A stretch of 63,712 nucleotides of DNA, counting the filler, from Welwitschia mirabilis (lineage: Eukaryota), in the NCBI GenBank assembly GCA_051453625.1. It is 5 parts of one record of this genome, joined end to end, with 100 filler letters (N's around TTAATTAATTAA, not from the genome) between each part and the next. Parts side by side here need not be neighbours in the genome. Positions count along the whole stretch, not along the records: positions 33,801 to 53,195 come from JBOZIK010000001.1; positions 53,296 to 55,608 come from JBOZIK010000001.1; positions 55,709 to 63,712 come from JBOZIK010000001.1; 2 more parts are not named here. The stretch is one strand, 5' to 3'. This document shows, piece after piece, positions 51,070 through 63,712 of this stretch; within the stretch, counting starts at the first letter, position 1; every line of letters starts with the position of its first letter. The notes beneath the pieces were generated by a model, which was given only the letters and a program-made list of their open reading frames with translations, ran no database searches and was not told the origin of the DNA. A program made the position numbers and the translations under genes.

Positions 51070-53195
51070 ACTTAGGGAAAACGAAAACCCTAGTGGAAAT
51101 CTAGTTAGGTGTGTTTCCCTATAAAAGTGAGCTTCGTCATTTAAAAAGAAGAGGAAAAATAAGATCTTATTTTTAAATTCTTGCTCTTGCTTGCTAAAGG
51201 TTTTTCTTGCTTTGCAATTTACTACATATAGTATTAGAGCCTAGGTTAGGGTTCTTGAGTCCCTTGGGAAGCTTTGCATGCCCCCTTGCATGCCTTTTGC
51301 ATAATCTTTTCTAATTTTGTTTATTGTAGTTTTTTGCATTTCTACTAATCTAACTTATTAAATCTAGGATATAATTTTCTGGCCCTATTTGCTATTGTTT
51401 TCTAGTTTACATGGAGTTTTTTTTGCATTAATGTTAAAGTCCGTTGCATAAGGTTTTCCTGGCCAAGATCTTCTTTTTGGAATTTTTTTCCCCCATTTTT
51501 CTGTCAGACCGTCCTATCATTTTCAAAGTCGGCCAATTTTGCGCTCTACCGAAGCTCAAAACATTGCAGCTCCTCAACCCATCACGTGGGTCTGGTAAAC
51601 ATTTGAATATTGTTTAATATTGTTTTATATTTCGCTCCTCTCTTAGCGGACAGTCATTGGTGGCTCCGAAACTAAAAGAAATTCGAATCCGGGATGAGCC
51701 CATGAGGTTTGCCAGATAAGCAGTTGGTGACCTATTAAGGTTGAGAGAAGGGTTGTGGATGTGTCAGATCCCGAGGAAAGGCAGAAGATTTTGACGGTCT
51801 TAAATCAGAAATTTATTAACATGTGCTTATTCTTTCAGTTGTGTTTTACATGTTAGCCACTTTCTTTGATATGCATACAGGTAAGATTGCTAAAATTTTA
51901 TGAAGAAGCTAAACTGCCTCCCAACTCTTGTACTACATTCATTGAGGTGATGACACATGGCATAGAATTTGAAACTTGTGGTGTGCATTTCATGTGTACA
52001 CCTCATTTAATATGAGATAATAGACTGTTTAGCCCGCTCCAAATTTTATTAGCTTTTTTATTTATGGTCATTTGTGTGCATTTTGATTTTTTTGGGCATT
52101 TTATCTCATTGTAATTCCATTAAACTCTAATTTTCTTGCATGGTAAGTTGGGATATCAAGCACGATCCACTTGACTTGATTCTTCTTGTTTAGACCTCAC
52201 CTTCACTTGTATTTTTGATAAATCAAGTTAAGTTGGGTTGTGTAATATCCACTTAACTTAACTAATCCCAAACCAAGTACCCTTTTTTCTTTTTGGTTTT
52301 CTGGTCTTTTTTTACTTTACTTTTAACATTATCTTCACATTCTAATGTTGTTTAAGGTTTAAATTTAAAAATTACCCACTCGTTAAGCACATTATGTTTT
52401 TATTAGCAGTAAGTCTTAATTGGTAGGGGGCATGGGGAGCCTTACGTAGACATTGGTCCATGTTAGGATATGCCATCTTCTAAACTTGTTGTGTAGTCTT
52501 TAACTGTCATAATTGTGTAGTTCGAGGTGTATAAAGAGCCATGTCTCTCTTAGGTGGAAACATCTCGGGCATCCCAAGGTCCAAATTCTCATGCACATCT
52601 AGGTAATCAAGGGTGTACTACATGAAGACTAGACGCACAGTGGTAAAGTCTATTTGGATTTCATCGCCAAGTCAACAAGGAGGCATAAATGTAATTATTT
52701 AAAATTTTACTAATTTTGAGGTATGAATAGGTCCCCAACATTGCATCCCAGTCTTTCTTTAGGGGGTATATAGTTGGTTAAACTAAAATTGGACAGTGAC
52801 TTGAATGCCCCACTAATATGATTTACACTTTGTCTTCTCGCTGTTGTTGGAGATAAGGCTCACATCCTTGTGATTACTCATTAAATTGGGAGTAAAACCT
52901 AAATTTGATAAAGCCTTTACTTAATTATTTAATGATTTATGTTTCTTGCATTAAAATTTACTACATTCACATAAGGATTTTTTAACAAAATTACTTTGTT
53001 TTTCTTATGCATGGGATCATTAGAGGATTAGTTTTGTCGAATTTTATCACACTTTTATGGATTAAATAGATCATTCAACTTATGGGTGTGAACAAGATCA
53101 CTTTCGAGTTAACTATCCCTCTCTATTGTGACCACTTTTTATATTTCTTCATGTCATTATGATTTGGATAGATTATTATTACCTTGTGGATCGGA
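51070..53195 (+). mobile_element. LTR end, decayed iMet-type PBS and long non-coding leader of another LTR retrotransposon
   Basis: TATA ctataaaa at 51119, then ..ctaca-ta-TAGTATTAGAGCC (~51230-51241; cf. TGGTATCAGAGC). About 2 kb follows with no recognisable ORF. Confidence 0.55.
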
Positions 53196-53295
53196 NNNNN
53201 NNNNNNNNNNNNNNNNNNNNNNNNNNNNNNNNNNNNNNNTTAATTAATTAANNNNNNNNNNNNNNNNNNNNNNNNNNNNNNNNNNNNNNNNNNNN
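53196..53295. other. Artificial assembly spacer
   Basis: 44N-TTAATTAATTAA-44N. Confidence 0.95.
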
Positions 53296-55608
53296 CAAAT
53301 ATTCTTTGCTCTCGTTGTGGAGAATCATCAACATTTTCAAAACGTATATAGAAAGAACTATTTATGAATGAATGATATTTTGAAACAAAACTTAGTTTTG
53401 ATACATGTACATGTAAAATATAACAATAAAACAATATGCTTATTATGAATCATGTATTGTTAAAAGGTTTCATGTCCCTAATTCCTTGTCTTTTGCTTAT
53501 ACCTAGAAGAAGGATCTCATCCATTAACATATGCAATGCAGATGTTTATGCTTAGAAGATATCTAAAAGAAAAATAAATCTATGTCAGGAAGATTATATT
53601 AATTATTATAATTAAATTAATTAAGACTAGCATGTACTGATTATTTAAAAAACATCAAGAACATGATGATGGTATTTTGAATTATCCAATATAATTTGAT
53701 TTGCTAACTTATATTTTCAATTACAACTTATGTTTTCATAACTCAATTCTATAAAGTAATGTAAAAATGAATAAAACAATGTGCAAAAAAACAATTTAGT
53801 AACTTACTCAATATACCTCTAGTAAAATGGAAACAAAGACAACTATGCACCACCCTTAATGTCCTCTTTGCTTTCAACAACATAGCCATATACAGTATTC
53901 ACCTAAATCAATATCACAACATAAAATAGATATCAAAACTATATTAATTATGTATTACTCTATGTTTATGTAAACATATACTCTCTTATAACATGCATAA
54001 TGTGAACAATCTAGAGATTGTAAATTCAAAGTATTAACCATAATGCCATATAAATCTGTTTAATTTCACTTCATGTTTTTAACTTCAGCATCATTCTCCT
54101 TATCAAGGAGGTAACTATGGTGTAAAAATGTTAAATTATCTTTCCTATCCTCTACCACTTTAGAAAATTCTTCATTTTCACTCTTATCGTAAATATGTCT
54201 TGGATTAAATGATGTTACAATACTCCATGAAGGATCCTCAATGTCCTTTATGTAGAAAACTTGTGATGCCTAACTAGCTAATATGAATGATTCATCTTAT
54301 ACACAATCATCTTTGATGTATTTGCTTGTGTGAATAAGTGTGAAACCATACTCATCCTTCTTGATGTTAGCTTATTAAAGAACATCAAACCATTTAGATT
54401 TGAAGACCACAACATTGAATATGGAACTATAATCTAATACAACTATGTCTTTCAAGGCACCATAATATTTTACATCATTACTTATAATATTTTTATTCTT
54501 TGCACTTGATACACATGGAGTATTTGCAATTATAGAAACTCCACTATTTTGACATGTTAACTCTGCATCTCTCTCCTTTACATGAAACCTATACCCATTG
54601 ATCCGGTATCCCTTATACCTTTGTGCATGTCTACTTGGAGGATGTGATAACCATTTTACTTCTTTTTCTTATTCTTCGTTAAGCATTCCTTTTTCTCTTA
54701 ACTTGTAAATCTGAAACATCAAAAAATTTATTGCATACATATTTCGAACATCATAATTGCAAGGCCATTAATAACTTTATATAGAATGTATTATACATTA
54801 CATGTTCTTCAAATCAAGTAGTAAAGTGATCTCTATGCATTCATAGCCATGAAGAATTTGTCATTCATGAAAAGCCTCTACGAATTTCTTATAGGTGTTG
54901 ACTGTAAACATATATAATTAAGAATGTATACAATAACAATAAAATAATGAAATTCTAATTAATTTACCTCACATATGATTCAATGCATGGGGTATTAAAC
55001 AATACATATTTATGTGCCTCTTTAATTTCTATGTCACTCAATAGCATTCTATCTGTTACACTTAGTGATCTTCCTTCTGGATATATAGATGATTCACTGG
55101 AGTCATTATCAATAACTTCATTGCGCTGTAATATATTTTCGAATGTATTCATATTTCTCATCTACTTGGAGCAAAAACTTAATTCTTCCTCTATAAGAAA
55201 AGCTTCTGAAATGCATCCCTCTTATTCATTTTTGTTTCTGACATACCCTTTTAAATCTTTCAAGAACCTAAATGGTAGACATGTCAAAACTTTACAGTTA
55301 TTTCATAACATTTATGGCAAAAAAAAGGTATGCTTATTACCTTTCTATAGGATACATCCATCGATATTACATAGGCCTGCAAAACCTAACCTCCCTTATC
55401 AAATGTATAAGTAAATGCATCATGACATCGAAGAAAGCTAGAGGAAATATTCTATTAAGATCACAAAGTATGATAGCAATTCTTGATTTTAGTTCTCCCA
55501 AAAGTTTTATATTAGTTTCCTTAGGACAAATCTCCTTAAAGAATAGACGCATTTGAATTATTGTTAGATTCATCTTAGATGGAAGTAAGTTACACAAATC
55601 AATGGAAA
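53296..55608 (-). mobile_element. CACTA (En/Spm) TnpD-like transposase, C-terminal part, intron-containing and disrupted
   Basis: ILCDLNRIFPLAFFDVMMHLLIHL..RWMYPIER, LKGYVRNK..GCISEAF, EAHKYVLFN, GYRINGYRFHVKERD..QNSGV, YYG.LKDIVVLDY..KWFD, FILAS*ASQVFY (DUF4218/DUF4216-type motifs). Confidence 0.92.
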
Positions 55609-55708
55609 NNNNNNNNNNNNNNNNNNNNNNNNNNNNNNNNNNNNNNNNNNNNTTAATTAATTAANNNNNNNNNNNNNNNNNNNNNNNNNNNNNNNNNNNN
55701 NNNNNNNN
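55609..55708. other. Artificial assembly spacer
   Basis: 44N-TTAATTAATTAA-44N. Confidence 0.95.
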
Positions 55709-58700
55709 ACATAATTAAATTTGTAAAGATCTATAAACATTTGCTGTTGTTCTTCATACACTTCTTTATTAAGGGTTCCATTTAAAAAGGCACTTTGTAC
55801 ATCCATTTGATATACTTTGATATTCTTAAAAGCTACATAAGATAAAAACATATAATGCTATCTAGCCTTGTAATAGAAGAAAAAGTATTATGAACATCAA
55901 TACCTTTGATTTGGTTGTAGCCCTATGTTACTAATCTTGCTTTATTTTTGATAACATTGTTTTGCTCATCACACTTATTTTTAAAGATCCACTTTGTCCC
56001 AATAATATTTTTGTTCTTTGGCCTTTCAACAAGATACTATACATCATGTATTTTAAATTATTGCAACTCATCTTACATGTCCATCATCCACTCTACATGG
56101 GATTCTGCTTCTTTAAACTTCTTAGGTTTAATTTACAAAATATAACAAATGTAAGCATAAAAATTCTTCATAGAGTTTTTTGTTCTAATCTTTGAGCTAA
56201 CATCTCTAATAATAAACTCTAAAGGATGATCTTTTAGCTCTTTGAACTTTTTAGTAGTGACTTCTTTTACTAAAAATTCTTCTTCTTTTTTGGTTGATTT
56301 TTTTTTTAAAAAAATTTTGGAGTACTGGGGATATGTTTTCTTCATTATTGGAAGAAAAAGGATTTGTGCTAATATCATTTATTTATACATTTATTGATCC
56401 TTCCACGATTAAGCTTCTTTTATTGAAAATATAATAAGCTCTACTTCTAGTAGAATATCCCAAAAATATTGCCTCATCAGCCTTTGATTCAAATTTACTT
56501 AGGTATTTTCTATTCTTTAACATAAATAACTTACTCTAAAAGACTTTAAAGTATAAAACATTTAATTGTCTTTCTTTCCATAGATCATAAGGAGTTTTAT
56601 CCATTCTCAATCTAATGTAAACTCTGTTTATGATATAACATGTGGTGCTAGTTTTAGCCTAAAAAGTTTTTGGAACATGCTTGTCATTCAACATCATTCT
56701 TGCCATTTCTTGAAGGAATTTATTTTTTCTCTTGGCAATTCCATTTTTTAATGGCATTTAAGAATCTAAAAATTAGTGTTTAATACTGTTGTCAATACAA
56801 TATTTTTTAAATAAATGATTTTGAAACTCACTACCATGATTACTTCTAATTTTCCTAATGGTATAACCTTTCTCAATTTAAATTTTATTGTATATTTCAA
56901 GTTGATGTTTATACATTTTAGGTTTGTTTACAAGAAAAGCAACCTAAGTAAATCTTGAAAAGTCATTAACCATGGTTAAAAAATAGTATTTTCCTCCTAA
57001 ACTTTGGATTTGTTCTGGTCCTACCAAATCCATATGAATAAGCTCTAAAGACATTGTTGTGGAAACCTGGTTTTTACCTTTATATGATGTTCTTATTTAT
57101 TTTTATTTCTAGAATGATTACAAAGATGATTTTTTTCAATGTTAATTTTTGAAATTCCTTTGATTATTTTTTTCTAATAATTGTTTTCAAATAATCATAG
57201 TATACATGACCTAAACATTTATGCCAAAGCTCTTCTTGATTAACATGAGAAAAATAACAAGCATAAAATGATTGATCAATGCTATAGACATTATCTATTC
57301 CATTCATTTTGAGAATAATATTATTTGTTTTGTCATGTCTAACCTCACATTTCATATTGTCAAAAATAACCTCATGACCTTTGTCATAAATTTGACAAAT
57401 TCCAACTAAATTATGCTTTAAATTATTAACATACAAAACTTTTACTTCCATTAATCCTTTTAATTCCTTCAATTTTGGCTCTTCTATTATCACCGAAAGT
57501 AACTTCTCCATTATTAAAGTCATCCAGCTATTTGAATCTAGACTTGTCTCTTGTCATATGTTGAGAGAAGTCACTATCCAAATATCAGCTAGTTCCATTT
57601 GATACCTTAAAAGTTAATTGAATCAAAAAGATTTTCAAATTATTGACTCTCATCTACTTCATTCTTTTGGACTAATGTGATATACCTATGCTTAATACAA
57701 ATTTCAAAGGAAAGGTACTAATGAAATTTAAAAATAACATTAATTTTCTAGCATTACAGAATAACTTGAAGTGACGTGACTTACTATAAAAATGATATGT
57801 AACTTTAGAAATAAAATTATTTTTCCATGTTACCTGATTTTGTTGATTTTATGACTTTTATAGGATGAATCTAATATTTGTCTTGTCATGAGCTGATTTT
57901 CATATTTCAAGCATCTGTTCCAATTTAGTTAAATCACTTGAAAATTTATTAATAAAATGTGAGAAGTTTTCTACCTCTAGTGAAATTCTAGAACTTTTAG
58001 ATTTAACTATTGTATATGTCATTTCTAGTTCCTCCTTTATTTTAGTGAGAGATTTTACAATCTTGTTTAGATCATTAATGCACTTTACCAATATTTTGCA
58101 CTCCATATAAAGTTCCTAATAGGTGTCTTCAAGTTCATTCTAGTCTTATTCAATGAAATCCAAATCATCAGGTTTGGATGAGCAAGGCAGGTTCTATAAT
58201 GGAGGCATAATTTCCATGAATAAGAGCCTTTAATCTTCATATGATTCTTGACTAGAAATGCTATCATCCTCTTCATCTACATTGTTCTATGTAGTAATGA
58301 ATGAAGATGTTTTTAACTTTCTTTGATCTCCTTTATTATTTGAACACTCATTTGCAACATGTCTATAGCCTTTGCATGCATAACATTGAATCTCCTTCCC
58401 TTTGTCTTGATCTTTTCTAAACTTGGAGTGACCTATTTTTATTCCTCTACTTGGCTTACCTTCTTTCTTTCTTTTGTACAAAAATTTCTTAAATATCCTT
58501 ATTAGTAGGGCAACTTCATCATTATCAAGGTCTTTATTTGATTTTTCTAACCTGTATTTTTCCTGCATACATTTCAAAGAAATAGCTTTATTTTTATTTT
58601 TAGAAAATTTTAATTTATAAGTTTATAAATTATCTTGTAATTCATTAAGTTCCATTAGGTTTATGTTCTTGTTTTCTTTAATTATAATGACTTTTGGCTT

Positions 58701-61226
58701 AAATTATTTTGGAAGGAATCTCAATACCTTTTAAATGACCTTTGCTTTATCCATTCTTTTACCTAGACTTGCCATGGAATTTATGATGTCTGTCAGTTTG
58801 ACAAAGAATTCCTATAGAGTCTTCCCCTCATTTATATAAATGTCTTCAAATTTGGAAACAAGTATTTGGAGTTTGGCTTACTTAATAGTGGATGTCCCTT
58901 TATGTGCAATTTCAAGGATGTCCCAAGCTTCTTTTGCATGTTCACAGTTTACAATTTGTTTAAACTCATTTGCATAAACTATATAAAAAATTCCATTAAG
59001 AGCATGGACATCTATAGTAGCTTTGGATCTATGTCCATTGATCTCTAGTTTTTGCTACTATAATGGTATTTCTATGAGCATCAGTTTTAGTTAGACTAGT
59101 CATAGTATAACCATTGTAAATGACCTCTTTAATGTTTGCATCTAGGTACCTGAGGAAGATTCTCATACAAGCTTTCAATACACATAGTTTGACCCATCAA
59201 ACATGGGTGGATAACCAATGGAAGAAAAATCTGAAGGGTTACTCATTTTTTAGGTTATAGAGTCTATACCTATTAGGATATAACATAGGCTTAACCAAGC
59301 TTTGATACCAAATGTGGGATTGAGAATCCTANNNNNNNNNNNNNNNNNNNNNNNNNNNNNNNNNNNNNNNNNNNNNNNNNNNNNNNNNNNNNNNNNNNNN
59401 NNNNNNNNNNNNNNNNNNNNNNNNNNNNNNNAGAGTCTATACCTATTAGGATATAACATAGGCTTAACCAAGCTCTGATACCAAATGTGGGATTGAGAAT
59501 CCTAGAGGGGGAAGGTGAATAGGATTTAAAAAATTGTCAAATAACTTCATAAAATATTTTTACTTGAAATTAATACTAAAATAATTGTACAAGTTTAACT
59601 AAAAGTATTTTGAAAAATAAAGAACAGAAATCATATAAATACCAAAGAGAATGCACAAAAAGGCTTATATTGATTTAGAAAACCCTCTACTCCATACTTG
59701 GTAATTAGCTTCTAACCAAGCCTGATCTTAATCTCTTTCCACATATTCTAGGTTTATCTTTAACTATTACAATTGAATTTTTTTGAGGCTCAGTCTCAAC
59801 CTTTAGTAAGAATGTAAAGTGATGATCTTGGTGTGTCAAAATCATAGGTTTCATCCAATCTCTAGCTCAAGAATAATATGTTATACTATTTGAGAAGATG
59901 GTACAGTCCACAAGTGTACAATGCAACTGACTTAACCAAGTATAAAATAATAACAATAGCTTTTAACTCATCTTTAGTTAAGTAGAGAAAATGTCAATGA
60001 GTACAACAAATAATTTCGCAAAGGTTCAAAGTGGTACAGTGATTTTTGCTCTTATAAAATATATAGTAAAAGTCTTTTAGGGGTTTTACAAGTTAAAAAG
60101 ACTTCCAATGGAGAAAAATGTATTTATAATGGATTTAAAAAATTCTATTTTCATTACAACTAATCAAATTTTTGAATTATCCGATTGACTCCATCTAGTA
60201 CTATCATTGAATTCAATCATCCTCATGTTCTTCTGGTTGATTCCTATTTATTATGACTACATGTCTAATTAATCTCTTAGGGTCTGGTTGACCATTATTT
60301 TAGTCATTTGCATATTCATCTAATTGCCTCCTTTGTTCAAAAAAAATTGCAACTATTTTTCACTCTAAGTCTAATTAATCCAACAAATGTCCAATCGACT
60401 CCTTGCTAAAAAAAGATGAAAAAATCACTCTAGGTCTAGTTGACCCCTTAGAAATCTAGTTGATTCCTTGATGATCAGCTATGAAATATTTAATGGTCAA
60501 GTCCAATCAACTCCTAAAGAATGCAGTCGACTCCTTGATGATTGGCTGTGAGGTATTAGAGACTTAAGATTGATCGACTCCTCAAGAGTTCGGTTGACTC
60601 CTTAATGATTAACTGTGAAGTATTAGATACTTAAGTTTAAATTTTGATAAATTGTTTCATCTTCTAACCTATAATGATTATAATTGTATGCATAAGATAC
60701 AACATATTTTATGAAATATAAAACATAGTTTAACATCAAATTAGAAAATAATAACTTAATATGGTCAACCTATTAAAATGTCTTGTTGATTTTCTCAAGT
60801 GCCATTACTAAACTCGGCTATCCTTATCTTATTCTAGTCAAATCAAGTTTCTTATGACTCCATGTCTAGTTGACTCCTCAAGGATCCAATTGACTACATA
60901 TCTAGTCAATCACATTTTGGTCTAGTCGACTCCATATCTAGAAAAATGTAACACATTTATGGCCTAGGTCTAGTTAACCCCTTAGAAATCTAGTTGACCC
61001 TTGTATAATCTATTTTTAATACTTTATGGTATAGGTTCGGTTCATACTTTAGGAATCTAGTTGAATCATTTGAGGGTATGAAGCTTATTAGGCTTAGGTA
61101 GAATTTGTGATAAAATATTTAAGCTTCTAACCTATAAGGAGTAATATTTTATGTGAATAATATAATACATTTTACTAAAATAAAAAATTTTAATTTGACA
61201 TCAAATTGGCAAATTATTACTCAACA
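55709..61226 (-). mobile_element. Sirevirus (SIRE/Maximus)-like Copia: LTR, PBS, gag, PR, INT, RT start (decayed)
   Basis: LTR 59486-61226 and PBS TGGTATCAGAGC at 59472-59483. Gag starts at 59246 (PPMFDGSNY), with CYACKGYRHVANEC, YLDS..SQHMT, VLYVNNLKHNL..LWHKCLGH, LKDHPLEFII, YQMDVQSAFLNG. Confidence 0.92.
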
Positions 61227-62200
61227 ATCTCCTCCTTTAACATTGATGGTAGACTATACTCAGTTGAAAAATATTAAATGGAAAAACTCAATGCTTATTA
61301 AATTTACAAAAGTGTATCAAGCATATATATTAGATTAACCATTTATAAAGAGTTTCCAACAAGAGCAATAATTATAATAATTTATAGTATAGTTTATGAA
61401 ATATGCAATATCCATGACATATATGACAAAATTATAGTTCAAGAGATATTTAATATTTATTAATAGATGTAACAAAAATAATGATTTATGGTATATGAAA
61501 TATGCATTAAATAGAAAAGTTAAAATAATACCAAATCATTTCTATTACTTAATATTAAGCAATACAATAGAAAGGTGTTCATTAAGAGAAATTACAAATG
61601 AGATAGACTAATAAATACTACTAAAAATAATTGATAATGTTTGATATCAAATGATAACAATTAAACATACAACTAACTATTTCTCTCCCTTTTGACATTA
61701 ATGACAAAGGAGAGAAAATAGATAAAGAAAAAGCAAAACTAAAAATAACAAAGAAGATAAGAACTTAATTAGATTCTTCTTCTTCTTCCTCCTTAGATTA
61801 TTTTTTAGAATTTAGGTCTTCTTTTTCCTCTTCTTCTTTGGCTATATTTTGTGTAAATCCACTAGCTTCCTTAGAAGTATCCATTACCTTGTACCCTACT
61901 ATGATCATAGCCTCTTTCATGTGCCTTGTACAAGAGTCTAACTTCTTCAGGTATGAAAGAGTTTCTTTAGCAGAGGTTGGAAGAAATATTTCTTAGATCC
62001 AATAAAAATATGCATGCAGAACAAATTTGCACACCTAATGGCTAATATAGAAGTTAAAGTGTCAAAATTTGGGTGCAATTAGACTCTAAAATGATGACAA
62101 ATATTAACAATCAAATTAGAATAAGGAAGTACTATTCTTATAATACTCCAAATGAGAGACAATGTTTTTGAGCATAATGATAGGAGCATTAATATAATGC
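61227..62200 (-). mobile_element. Sirevirus 3' internal region (multiple PPTs, acidic extra-ORF remnant)
   Basis: PPT AAAGGAGGAGAT (61227-61238) abuts the LTR start, a second AAAGGGAGAGAA lies at ~61681-61692, and a Glu-rich coding remnant at ~61770-61850. Confidence 0.7.
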
Positions 62201-62499
62201 CTAGTTCCCACTNNNNNNNNNNAAATACAACAAATAAGCTCTATTATTGTAGGTCTCATCATGATAACCTGCAAAAAGTAAGAAATTATAAGTAAAAATC
62301 AAATGCAAAATTTAGTTATTTGGGGTAAGGTAGGAGGTGGAGAGGGTGGTTTTCCATTGATGAAACTTACCATAAAGATTCCTTGAAACCTATTTCTTAT
62401 CCTCTATGGATCATGCAAGGGCCAAAACTCCTCGTAATCTCCTCTAGGAATATTTTTGAGGGAGGAAATAAGATCTATAGTAAACCTAATATTTCTCCC

Positions 62500-63712
62500 C
62501 AAAATAAGGATTGTTAGAGTAGAAGAATTAGTATTAAAAGAGGAATTAAAATAAAACATGTATTGTGTCATTAATTTATGGTTATTTAATAGATTTATGA
62601 GCTTTTTTCCAAGACATTTTCATAGGTTTCGGTGTAATTTTAATAATTTTAGAGAATTAATAGTAAATCTTAAAAATATGCAATTATTTCTTGGATTTAA
62701 TTCATTTAAAGCACATTCTAATGCATAGAGCTTTAGAGGAAGATTACTAATATAAATACTAGCTTCTACTCATTAAAATGATTAAAGAAGACTATCATCC
62801 CATATGTTGTCCCCATGATAGGAAGGATAATGAAAACCCTTGATACTAATGTGGATTGCTAAATCACTACTAAGTCATCATGCTGAATCATGTTTTGTAA
62901 TGAGCTATCATCCCTATGTCATCCGAATGACAGTCAAGACAACATTAACATTGTAACCAACTCTAATAGCCGACCCTTCACTGTTTTATCTATTACTTAT
63001 CTATAAAATAGTGCATTTTTGGGTTCTTTCTTCTATGATTTTCTACTATGTTTTATTATAAATAATTTTTTCTTTAACTCTCCTATTCATATTCATTACA
63101 TTGGAAATTCTCATAATGGGAGATTAAAGAGTAAGAGACCTGTCTCAAGTGTTATAGAAAGATGTTTCTTTGATGGAGAGCTATGTATCCTATATTAAGG
63201 CTTGGCTATTTTATAACCTAGATGTTTAGTAACTTTTTAATATAAATTCTATTTTCATATTTGCATATTAGTTTGTTAGACAATCCTTATGGTTTATGTT
63301 ACCCTTAATCTAGTGACAATTTATTAAGTGATATAGATCATTGAGGGTAGCCTTTATTAAGATTGAGGAAATAGTTTAGATTCATTCTGCATTGCATTTA
63401 AATTAGGTTTTATTCTACATTTTGCATTACATCTTATATTTACTACATTATTATTTAATTATGGTTTTAGTGTATTTTGTGAAAAGCAATACAAGTTTTA
63501 TCTCATTGTCTTCAATAAGAATATAACATTTAAGTTAACTTCCATACATACTAGTATGTTATCTTATGTAAAAAATCTATTTTATTTTATGAATAATAAA
63601 ATTCTTTTTAGTATAAATGTTTGCACAAATACATACTATAATAAATTGGTACCAGTGCTGGGGAAGGATATTGAAGAGTACAAGGGTTGTTATTATTTAG
63701 ATGAGAATATTG
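62500..63712 (+). mobile_element. Probable Ty3 (Athila-like) LTR and PBS
   Basis: ctataaaata at 63001, T-rich tail, and ttggtaccagtgctggggaa at ~63647 resembling the TGGCGCCGTTGCCGGGGA-type PBS. Confidence 0.4.

Noticed and set aside
59255..59511. Apparent doubled PBS and LTR end on either side of a 100-N gap
   Set aside because: A near-identical ~80-bp overlap flanking a gap is typical of unmerged contig ends or haplotypes.

Overview
AT-rich, CpG-depleted plant nuclear DNA made almost entirely of nested, degenerate transposable elements: Ty1/Copia (including Sirevirus-like elements), Ty3/Athila-like, L1 and RTE LINEs, hAT and CACTA. Four artificial 44N-TTAATTAATTAA-44N spacers cut the window into five segments (1-18362, 18463-33700, 33801-53195, 53296-55608, 55709-63712), so adjacency across them is not evidence of linkage. 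Two partial host genes missed by the ORF track can be read from their splice sites. One is two exons of a plant DNA ligase, most like LIG6 (30785-31051). The other is the last five exons of an ICT1/ArfB-type peptidyl-tRNA hydrolase (39589-40793). Both appear to lie in very long TE-filled introns. I cannot support a clearly new biological system. The best leads are a CpG-retaining, apparently spliced sORF/lncRNA unit (~42.5-44.1 kb), an atypical short-LTR Copia with an internal direct+inverted rearrangement, a Sirevirus LTR flanked by both a PBS and a PPT, and a pol-less Sirevirus derivative. All family calls come from motif recognition by eye; no database search was run. Most TE boundaries are approximate unless a TG..CA end or TSD is cited.
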